From a virus: a stretch of 64,000 bases of DNA. Where the stretch lies: positions 96,001 to 160,000 of the IMG/VR virus record IMGVR_UViG_3300029319_009044; one strand, given 5' to 3'. The notes beneath the pieces are model-generated. The model did not search any database and was not told where the DNA came from. It worked only from the letters and a program-made list of their open reading frames with translations. This document shows positions 30,501 to 40,400 of the stretch, in pieces (positions within the stretch are counted from its first letter, which is position 1; every line of letters starts with the position of its first letter). The translations under genes were made by a program, and so were the position numbers.

Positions 30501-33500
30501 TCTACTGCGTCAATGTTACCTTTAAATACTGTAGCTGTTACAGTACCTGATGATGGATTATAAGTAAAGTCTCCATCAGCTTCAAGACCTCTGTTAGCGG
30601 TACCACCCGCAGCGTTCTCTACGAAAGCAATTTGATTTTCTTCGTTAGTGCTTTCATTATCAGTAATACATACATGAGCTGCGTTAGTTGCATTAGTTGC
30701 ATTAGTAACAGTTGTACCTTCAATAACAGATGCTAAAGTAGCGCCTCCAACTGTTATTGCATCAGCTTCAAGAGTGCCATCAAAATCCCCATCAACGGCA
30801 TCTATATTACCTTTGAAAATAGTAGCTGTTACGGTTCCAGTAGAAGGATTATAATGAAAATCACCATCTGATTCTAAAGCAACATTACCGGTTGAACCAG
30901 CATCAGCAATGAAAGGTATTAAGTCATTTTCATCTGTACTTTCATTATCAGCTATATTTAAGTTGCAAGAGTTAGTAGCATTTTGAGCATTAGTTACAGT
31001 AACTCCAGCAATAACCGTATTAAGTGCTGTACCACCTACTGTTATTGCATCCGCTTCTAATGTACCGTCGATGTCTGCGTTACCGGCGACACATAACCCA
31101 GCAGCGCCCCCGAGTATTAAGTCATCTGCTGAAGCATCCCATAACATATATGCGCTAGCTGTATCACCAAAGAACTTAACGTCGTAGCCTGTATCGTCAG
31201 CACCTACATTAATAGTATTATCTATTTGTACAGCACCGTCGATATCAACTGCATCAAGATTAGTTGTACCGTCGACGTCTATATTACCAGGCAGAGTTAA
31301 ATTACCACCCTGAGACAAAGTCATAGCAGTTGCTAGACTACCTCCACTACCATTACCATGCATCCATTTCCACGTAGCATTGGTGTCAGATGTATTACTA
31401 TCCCACTGTAGAAACCTTGTTTCCATTGAACCACTAGTTTCATCTTGCCTATGTATTATGTTTGCGCATCTATCATTAACAACAACACCGTAATATTGAT
31501 TTGTACCTCTACCAACTTTTAATTGAGGCTGTGAAGATTGTTCAGCCGCATTAGTGTAAACTTCAAGACCTACACTTTCGTCTGTATGAACGATTTTAAG
31601 TTTTGCTTCACTAGTATCCCATTGCATGTATTCTCCAGAAGCATCGCCAAAGAATTTTACATCGTATCCTGTACCATCAGAACCTACGCATAAAGTACCA
31701 TCTACTTGAACATTACCGTCGATATCAACTGCATCAAGATTAGTAGTACCATCAACATCTAAATCTGTTCCAACATATAATTTTTTAGCTATTCCTACTC
31801 CACCTAGGAAACGAGCTGCTCCTGTAGATGAACTTGATGCATCAGTAGTATTACAGCTGCAAAATAAACTAGTATTTATGATGAGATTATCATTAACGGT
31901 AATATCGTCAAAATGACCATGTTTCCATCTGACACTGTTAGTACCTAAATCTACATCACTATCAGTTTGAGGACCAAAAACACCATCAGCAACATAAACT
32001 TGTTCAGCGTTAGCAGCATAAAAATGTATTTCATCAGCTGTCTCAAAATCTATTTTTGTTTGATCATCTTCACCTATCTTAAGATCAGTAGCTAAAATAG
32101 AAGTAATACCAGTTTGAGCTGCATCAACAGCTATAGTACCAGAGTTAGTTATAGTACCACCATTTAATCCTGTACCAGTACCTATACTTGTTACTGTACC
32201 TTCACAACAAGCACCCGGTATACTACCTAAGCCATCAAGCAAGTTAAGTTCTGCAGCAGTTGTTGTAACAGCAGTTCCTCCTATTTTTAGTTTGTCTTTT
32301 ACTATGTCAACAAAAGCACCGCCCGCTGTTTTAAGAGTATCTTCAGATTGATCCCATTGTAAATATGCACTAGCAGTATCACCATAAAAAATTACATCAT
32401 GACCCGTTCCATCTACACCAACTGTTACATCTCTTTTAAATAAATTAGTTTCAGCACTACTATCTATTCTATAATATTCATGAACAGTCCCGCTACTATT
32501 TTCAGCGCAAAAAGCTATATCATCACCATGATCATATTGGTAAAAAATAATATTACCACCATGACTTTCAACACGATTACTAGTACCATTATGAAAAATT
32601 CTAAAATTATCACCATCACCTAATCTCAACTGACAACTAGTTGCTACGTTTAAAGCACCACTAGCGGTAGTTGAACCTATATTTACAGGGCATAAAAATA
32701 CATTATTACCGTCAGATCTTAAACATACTTTATTATTACCACCACTATCATTAATAATAAATTGTCCATGGTTACTACTCCTTTGCATAGTAACTACCTG
32801 AATACCAGAAGTATTCAAAGTTGTTATTTCACCCTTAACGGAAAGTTCTTGAGGAGGTGTAGTAGTACCTATACCTACTGTACCTGCAAAATAATTTATA
32901 CTATCAGCACATGTAGCACTTAATCCTCTATTACTACTACCTTGAATTATAGCAGATCCAGCAACATCGAGTTTTGTATCAGCCGTGGGTGTTGTTGTAC
33001 CTATACCAACATCTCCATCTGAACATACACGAATTTTTTCTGCACCTTCTGTACCAAAAGTTAAAGCATCATCCGCGTGACGATATCTAACCCAACCGCG
33101 ATATGGTTCACTACCAGATGTACCATCAGCAAAATATAAATTACCATCTTGTGAAGTACCTGAAGCTATAGTAATACCAGCATGGCCGGTCCTTTTAATA
33201 ACTAAATCATCAGCATTTGCATTATAATCTGTAGGTGAATATGTACCTATACCTACTCTTCCATTATCATCAAATACTATATCATCACCATCAAAATCTA
33301 TAAAATGAGCTATTGGCTGTGAACCATCTTGCTTTACAGTTAACGCGGGTCCGGTACCAGCATTAACTACTGATAAAGCTGAAGTTGTTGAAATATGAGT
33401 ATCTATAAAGGTTTGATCACCATGAACACTAAGATTTCCCATTATAGTAGTATTGTCTGATATATAAACTGATCCAGCAACATGTAAAGATGATACAGGA

Positions 33501-34408
33501 TCACTAGTGCTTATTCCAACCTTTCCATTTGGACATATAGAAATTTGATTTTGATTGTTTGTTTGTATATGAAAAGTATCTGCGCCTTGTGTTCCTACAT
33601 AACCATCAGTAAGTGCCTTTATATTAACTGTTGAACCACTACCTTCAGCTCTCATTTCTACACCATTAGAGGTGTCTTTTACGTGTAAAGCCTTTCTACT
33701 ACCAGTTGTAGGCTTTGGAACATTAGTACCAATACCAACGTTACCATCAAAGTAATTAGGATCAGAACCAGCAGCACTTAAACTTCCACTAGCGCTAATG
33801 TTACCATCTACAGTTAGTTTTTCAGCTGGTGATGATGTTCCTATACCTACATTATCTCCATTAGAAGCATTAAGAAGTGTATCACCATCAGCCTTTAAAG
33901 TAATTTCAGCACCCCCAGTACCTTGGTATGTAATAAAAAAATCAGAATCATTACCACCATCAGCGTGATAAAAATTAACATTATCACTACCACCGCTTCC
34001 ATTATCAATACGCAACCCCCCTGTACTTCCATGACCTTGTATGTGAAATTTTGCGCTCGGGGTACTTGTACCTATACCAACATTCTGACTAGTATCAATA
34101 GTCATAGCTGTTGTATCAGCAGTCTCAAAAGATAAATTTTTACTAGCTATTGTGCCAACCTCTAAACCGTTAGCATTATTATATCTAATAAGAGAGCTAT
34201 TGCTCGCTTGACTTAATCTTATAGCAGCACCGTTAGTGTCGCTATTAATATGTAATGTAGTTTTAGAGCCGTTTGCAGAGGGAACATTAGTACCAATACC
34301 AACGTTACAAGCAAAATAATTGGGATCACCACCATTTCCATTGGCACTTAAAGAACCAGCAGCACTTATTCCAGCTGTAGAAGTAATCTTTACACAATTG
34401 TTAGCCAT
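27557..34408 (-). CDS. Long tail fibre-like protein A (2283 aa, modular repeats)
   Basis: Multiple NVGIGT.P repeats, repeated 60-100 aa modules, C-terminal YTLALAD.GK...TIPPNSSVAFPVG...W...GDL domain common at phage fibre ends. Confidence 0.8.
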   Translation of the reverse strand: MANNCVKITSTAGISAAGSLSANGNGGDPNYFACNVGIGTNVPSANGSKTTLHINSDTNGAAIRLSQASNSSLIRYNNANGLEVGTIASKNLSFETADTTAMTIDTSQNVGIGTSTPSAKFHIQGHGSTGGLRIDNGSGGSDNVNFYHADGGNDSDFFITYQGTGGAEITLKADGDTLLNASNGDNVGIGTSSPAEKLTVDGNISASGSLSAAGSDPNYFDGNVGIGTNVPKPTTGSRKALHVKDTSNGVEMRAEGSGSTVNIKALTDGYVGTQGADTFHIQTNNQNQISICPNGKVGISTSDPVSSLHVAGSVYISDNTTIMGNLSVHGDQTFIDTHISTTSALSVVNAGTGPALTVKQDGSQPIAHFIDFDGDDIVFDDNGRVGIGTYSPTDYNANADDLVIKRTGHAGITIASGTSQDGNLYFADGTSGSEPYRGWVRYRHADDALTFGTEGAEKIRVCSDGDVGIGTTTPTADTKLDVAGSAIIQGSSNRGLSATCADSINYFAGTVGIGTTTPPQELSVKGEITTLNTSGIQVVTMQRSSNHGQFIINDSGGNNKVCLRSDGNNVFLCPVNIGSTTASGALNVATSCQLRLGDGDNFRIFHNGTSNRVESHGGNIIFYQYDHGDDIAFCAENSSGTVHEYYRIDSSAETNLFKRDVTVGVDGTGHDVIFYGDTASAYLQWDQSEDTLKTAGGAFVDIVKDKLKIGGTAVTTTAAELNLLDGLGSIPGACCEGTVTSIGTGTGLNGGTITNSGTIAVDAAQTGITSILATDLKIGEDDQTKIDFETADEIHFYAANAEQVYVADGVFGPQTDSDVDLGTNSVRWKHGHFDDITVNDNLIINTSLFCSCNTTDASSSSTGAARFLGGVGIAKKLYVGTDLDVDGTTNLDAVDIDGNVQVDGTLCVGSDGTGYDVKFFGDASGEYMQWDTSEAKLKIVHTDESVGLEVYTNAAEQSSQPQLKVGRGTNQYYGVVVNDRCANIIHRQDETSGSMETRFLQWDSNTSDTNATWKWMHGNGSGGSLATAMTLSQGGNLTLPGNIDVDGTTNLDAVDIDGAVQIDNTINVGADDTGYDVKFFGDTASAYMLWDASADDLILGGAAGLCVAGNADIDGTLEADAITVGGTALNTVIAGVTVTNAQNATNSCNLNIADNESTDENDLIPFIADAGSTGNVALESDGDFHYNPSTGTVTATIFKGNIDAVDGDFDGTLEADAITVGGATLASVIEGTTVTNATNATNAAHVCITDNESTNEENQIAFVENAAGGTANRGLEADGDFTYNPSSGTVTATVFKGNIDAVDGDFDGTLEADAITVGGTALNTVIAGVTVTNAQNATNSCKLNIADNESTDENDLIPFIADAGSTGNVALESDGDFHYNPSTGTVTATVFSGNFSGCITQASQTNITSLGTLTTLTVDDITINDSTISDAGDLTIDAGGDIILDADGTDIILKDGGTEFGSFKRVSSDFVIKSATSNKDILFKGNDDGATITALTLDMSNAGMACFNNTIHTGGNICIENGGPKLCLIDSTDDDDHSIQFVNNTGAVDYEIRTTDPTSGGGADGFYIGSCQSDGEVVIFTNDTHALTLSPTQKATFADEVCMGNSKLVLNGTAVDATAAELNLLDGKSSLVTCVGGGDGLTGSVTSSGNLAVGAGTGITVNANDVAVTAAQTGITSILATDLKIGEDDQTKIDFETADEIHFYAANAEQVYVSDGVFGPETDSDVDLGTSSARWKSGHLDNITVVSNSTLNDVSVGNLDVETGLFCVCTATDASSSSTGAARFLGGVGIAKKLYVGTDLDVDGTTNLDAVDIDGNVQLDGTLTVGVNDTGYDVKFYGATADRFLRWVQSEDRLKLTDNTRLSLGGGNDLQLYHDGSHSYIKDIGDGGLYLQTDGPAIYLQDTDGNAMAQFTDGGSSFLMHNGSTMLNTDASGTVVTGRLCVTGGNTSLQLNPAGSGNCTILTGCNCSVTDSGVLRIGIPSGGGAFSNGAALGDVVIRNETTSGDLILTSVSGEVHLGSGGTDGDTQLKITDGAILPVADDSIDLGSSSNEFKDAYFDGTVTADGLSVVADATITGSLVVDDMTFNGSNITDAGDFYIDVGGDINLDAAGNNICLLADGTNFADLFKSSDHFFLKNPILNGDIKFQVNDGGSGITALTIDGSDAGTATFNNNVCVTGMVRQAVGISCNTADYTLALADHGKLVEMNKSSAVCVTIPPNSSVAFPVGAEVTLFQGGAGQVTILAGSGVTARSADNELKTRVQYSTAVLTKIATDEWLIAGDLTA
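30252..30946 (-). repeat. Tandem ~96-97 aa repeat units within fibre A
   Basis: ACGGTTCCAGTAGAAGG.TTATAATGAAAATCACCATCTGATTCTAAAGCAACATTACCGGTTGAACCAGC... near-identical at ~30252 and ~30831, with a diverged copy between. Confidence 0.85.
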
Positions 34409-34429
34409 TTATTATATTTAATCTTAAGT

Positions 34430-37400
34430 TTACATCTTGCGAACCATCGCTTTTACTATGTGAGATTCACCATTACCACTTTCTAATGCTTGTGCGATAA
34501 TAGTTCCATGAATTGTATTTGTAGATCGTTCACCATGTCCAGGTTTATTAGACGTGGTTATATAATCCCCTATCTTAATTTCTCCAGTTACTAACACAGG
34601 CTCAGCTCCTAGAACTATTGGCTGTTTAGCGCCTTTTTGTGTTACACCAAATACATTCTTATCATTTCTCTTAGTAGAAAGTATTAATTTACCATCTTTT
34701 CCTATTACTACTAAAGAACCGGTTTCATACTCTGCTAATTCATCATTAGCTGCTTTTTCCTCAAAGTATCCTCCAGCTATAACACAATCAAAATAACCAT
34801 TTCCTGAAGCACATACATCACCAGTAACACATACACCACCAGTTGTAGTCTGTATTTTTACAGAGTTGTTATAGTAAAGATTTACTGCGCCAGCTCCACC
34901 TGCAGTAATCATATCTTGTCCATCTTTATCTTCTATCTGTACAGTGTTACCTGATCCTGGTCTTATATATAAACTACCAGCTCCACCTTCAGCAGTTATA
35001 AAATTGTGACCACCACTATGGTAAATTTGTAAATCGTCATCATCTCCAATTTTCAAATGAGTATTATCAGTCAAACATAAAGCATTTTCGCTTTCATCCC
35101 ACTTCAAGAACCTATCAGCTGTTGCTCCAAAAAATTGAACGTCATAACCTGTATCATTAACACCAACAGTTAGGGTACCATCTAATTGTACATTACCATC
35201 GATATCAACTGCATCAAGATTAGCTGTACCGTTAACGTCTAAATCAGTTCCAACATATAATTTTTTAGCTATTCCTACACCACCTAAAATTTGAACGGCT
35301 CCTGTAGATGAGCTAGATGCATCAGTTGCAGTACATACACATAGATTTCCAATCTCTACATCTAAGTTTCCAACTGATACATCATTCAAAGTTGCATCAC
35401 TACCAACAGTAATATTGTCTAAGAACCCACTTTTCCATCTAACTGAACTCGATCCTAAATCAACATCACTATCTGTTTGCGGTCCAAAGATACCATCAGC
35501 AACATAGACTTGTTCGGCGTTAGCAGCATAAAAATGTATTTCATCAGCTGTCTCGAAGTCAATCTTAGTTTCGTCATCTTCACCTATCTTAAGATCAGTT
35601 GCAAGAATAGACGTAATGCCAGTCTGAGCTGCATCAACATTTAAAGTAACTGTTCCTGATGTACCTCCGCCATTTAAACCTGTACCGGCTGTTACACCTT
35701 CAATATCACCTGTAGTTGGTGTATGCCAACAGATTCCACTACCAGTAGAAGCTAATACTTGACCGCTACTACCTTGGGACCCAGCAATAGTTAAATTATC
35801 TAATTCAACTGTACCATCAAAGAAAGCATTATTAAATTCTAAAGCATCTGTACCTAAATCTACAATAGCATTTGAACCTGGTGTTAAAAACCCATCAGTT
35901 AATATTAATTGCTTTTCGTCTCCAGCATAAAAGTTTATTGTATCTGCTGTCTCGAAGTCAATCTTAGTTTCATCATCTTCTCCTATTTTAATATCAGTTG
36001 CAAGAATTGATGTTATGCCTGTTTGAGCTGCAGCTACTGCTAAGTTTCCAGCTGAAGTAACAGCTCCCGTTAACCCAGTACCAGCTCCAACACATGTTAC
36101 AGTACCAAGACAATCTGTAGCAGCATTAATTTGAGCAGCTGTTCTTGTAACAAGAGTAGATCCTATGGTTAATTTACTTTCTGGTAGAGTTAGACCAGCG
36201 GCACCTCCAAGTATTAAATCGTCTTCTGAAGCATCCCATAACATATATGCACTAGCCGTATCACCAAAGAACTTAACATCGTAGCCTGTATCATCAACAC
36301 CAACAGTTAATGTACCATCTAATTGTACATTACCATCGATATCAACTGCATCAAGATTAGCTGTACCGTTAACGTCTAAAGTAGTTAAAGTACCTAAAGA
36401 TGTTATATTGGTTTGAGCTGCAGTTTGTAGAGTACCTGCTAGTTGTGTTGCTGTTACTCTTCCAGTAGAAGGATTATAATGCAAATGGCCATCCGATTCC
36501 AAAGCAACATTACCAGTTGAGCCGGCATCAGCAATGAAAGGTATTAAGTTATCTTCATTAGTATCTTCGTTATCAGCTATATTTAACTTACATGAGTTAG
36601 TAGCATTCTGTGCTGTGGTTACAGTTGTTCCTTGAATAACAGATGCTAAAGTAGCCCCTCCAACTGTTATTGCATCAGCTTCAAGAGTACCGTCGATGTC
36701 TGCATCACCGGATACGCATAACCCTGCGGCGCCCCCGAGTATTAAGTCATCTGCTGAAGCATCCCATAACATATATGCGCTAGCTGTATCACCAAAGAAC
36801 TTAACATCATAACCTGTATCGTCTACACCAACAGTAACAGTACCATCTATCTGAGTAGTACCATCTATATCAACTGCATCTAAATTAGTAGTACCGTCGA
36901 TATCAACATTACCTGATATCTCTAACTCCGTTGCAATAACCTTATTGTTAAATGTAGCAGCTCCCGCCTCAGACATGTCAAGAGTGAGGGCTGCAATAGC
37001 TGAACCATTATCAGAACCACAAAATTTAATATCTTTATCATCGATTAAACTTTGTATTAAAAAATTATCACTTCCATCTTTTCTTAATTTACCAAAAGCT
37101 GTACCATCTACTAATAAACAAACATCGTTTCCTGCTGCATCGAGTTTAATATCACCTCCGGAGTCTAATATCATAGTACCACCATCTGATATAGTTGAAC
37201 TATTAATAGTAATACCACCAGCAACTATTTTATCAACGTAAGCATCTTTCCATCTAACTAAATTTGTACCTAAATCAACATCGCTATCAGATTGTGGACC
37301 AAATATATTATCGCCTAGATATACCTGTTCTGTATTATTAGCATAAAAATGTATTTCATCAGCTGTCTCGAAGTCAATCTTAGTTTCATCATCTTCACCT

Positions 37401-40400
37401 ATCTTAAGATCAGTTGCAAGAATTGATGTTATACCTGTTTGAGCTGCATCTACACTTAATGAAGGTGTTGTACCACCCGTTGAAGTTAGTCCTGTACCAC
37501 CAGCTACACTTGTTACTGTACCAAGACAATCTGTAGCAGCATTAATTTGAGCAGCTGTTCTTGTAACAGAAGTGCCCCCTATATGTAAACAGTTTTGAGG
37601 AATACATAATTTAGCTGCTTCTAAGCATAGATGGTCGTTACCATCATTTGCACACCAACACATATAAACTCCTGAACAAAGACCAAATAATTTTACGTTT
37701 TTGCCTTGAGTATTACAACCAACAGTTAATGTACCATCTAGTTGTACATTACCATCTATATCAACTGCATCTAAATTAGTAGTGCCATCTACATCTACAT
37801 TACCAGCTACGCATAACCCAGCTGCTCCACCAAGTATTAAGTCATCTACTGAAGCATCCCATAACATATATGCGCTAGCTGTATCACCAAAGAATTTTAC
37901 ATCATAACCTGTATCGTCTACACCAACAGTTAGAGTACCATCTAGTTGTGAAGCGCCATCAATATCTAAAGAGTCACCTTTAACCTCACCAGTTACATCA
38001 ATACCAGTGTTTGTTGTTTCTAACTTCTTAGAGTTGTTAAAATATAAATCAACAGAGTCTCCTTTATTAAGAACAGCCATATTATGGCTATTGTTATATC
38101 CTTGAATTTTTACCTGATCGTTCGCTCTTAAAATAAGATCGCCAGTATCTGTGTCATCAATATAACTATTACTACCATCATGATAAATTTGTAAGTCACC
38201 ATCATCTCCTATTTTTAACGGAGTGCTATCAGTTAAACATAATGCATCTTCACTTTCGTCCCACATCATGAAGCTACCAGCTGTTGCTCCAAAGAACTTA
38301 ACATCATATCCCGTGTCATCTACACCAACAGTAACAGTACTATCTATTTGTACAGCACCGTCTATATCAACTGCATCAAGATTAGTAGTACCATTAATAT
38401 CAGCATCGCCTTCTATATCAAGCGAAGCAGCATCTAATTCACCAGTTAGAGTTATATTTCTAAAACCTGTTATATCTTTATTTGTATCAACAATAACTGC
38501 TTTATTAGCAGCAACTATGCCATCGGTTATAGAGTTAATTTGATTAAGCTCTGCAGCAGTAGAATCAACTGGAGTACTATTCAGAACTAATTTAGAGTCT
38601 CCTATACAAACTTTATTATTGAAAGTAGCAGTACCAGCATCAGACATATTAAACGTAAGAGCAACTGTTTGTACACCACCATCATTTCCGCAGATAATTA
38701 AATTTTGATCACTAATTTTACTTTCTACTACAAAATTACTACTATTATTTCTTAATCTTCCAAACTCTGTACCACCGTCTTTTAAACAAATATCACCGCC
38801 ATTAGCATCAAGTACGAGATCTGCTTCAGCGTCTATTATTAGTGTACCACCATCTGATATAGTTGAACTATTAATAGTAATATCACCAGCAACTATTTTA
38901 TCAACGTAAGTATCTTTCCATCTAACACCGCTAGTCCCTAAATCTACATCACTATCAGTTCGAGGACCAAAGATACCATCAGCAACATAAACTTGTTCAG
39001 CATTAGCAGCGTAGAAGTGAATCTCATCAGCTGTCTCAAAATCAATCTTAGTTTCGTCATCTTCTCCAATTTTAATATCAGTAGCTAGTAAAGATGTAAT
39101 AACTGTTTGAGCAGCATCTACATTTAAAGTAACAGCTCCTGATGTACCGCCACCATTTAAACCCGTACCTGCTGTTACACCTGTAATATCACCTGTAGTT
39201 GGAGTATGCCAACAGATTCCGCTACCAGTAGAAGCTAATACTTGACCGTTAGCACCTTGAGAACCACAAATTTTTATATTATCTAATTTAACTGTACCAT
39301 CAAAGAAAGCATTATTAAACTCTAAAGCATCTGTTCCTAAATCTACTGCAGCATTCGAACCCGGTGTTAAAAACCCATCAGTTAATATTAATTGCTTTTC
39401 ATTATCGGTATAAAAGTTTATGGTATTTGTATCTTCAAAATCAATCTTAGTTTCATCATCTTCTCCTATTTTAATATCAGTAGCTAAAATAGAAGTAATA
39501 CCTGTTTGAGCAGCAGCTACGGCTAAGTTTCCAGCTGAAGTAACGGCTCCTGTTAATCCAGTACCAGCTCCAACACATGTTACAGTACCTAAGCAATCTG
39601 TTGCAGCATTAATTTCTCCGCCTGTTTTTGTAACAAGAGTAGATCCTATGGTTAATTTACTTTCTGGTAGAGTTAGACCAGCGGCACCTCCAAGTACTAA
39701 ATCATCAGTAGATGCATCCCATAACATATATGCGCTAGCAGTATCACCAAAGAACTTAACGTCGTATCCTGTATCATCAACGCCAACTGTAACTGTATTG
39801 TCTATTTGTACAGCACCGTCTATATCAACAGCATCGAGATTAGCTGTACCATCTACATCAAGATCAGTTCCAACATATAATTTTTTAGCTATTCCTACAC
39901 CACCTAAAATTTGAACGGCTCCTGTAGATGAACTTGATGCATCAGTTGCAGTGCAAACACATAGATTTCCAATCTCTACATCTAAGTTTCCAACTGATAC
40001 ATCATTCAAAGTTGCATCACTACCAACAGTAATATTGTCTAAGAATCCACTTTTCCATCTAACTCCAGTTGTACCTAAATCTACATCACTATCTGTTTGA
40101 GGACCAAAAACACCATCAGAAACATGAACTTGTTCTGTATTGTTTATATTAAAAAATAAACATTGACCGGATTTTGCGTTTAAGCCAGTTGCTCCACTTG
40201 CATTCTGTTTAACAGCATAATTTGTTGAAGTACCATTATCAAAATGAGAAAAATAGGCATTGTCACCTACATAATTACCAATTCTTGACTGACCTATAAC
40301 AGCATTTGTTGGGTTATCAGCATTTACACATAAATTATTTCCTGAATAAAGAACACCGCTAGCACTTATATTACCAACAACTGAGATTTTTTCACCGGGG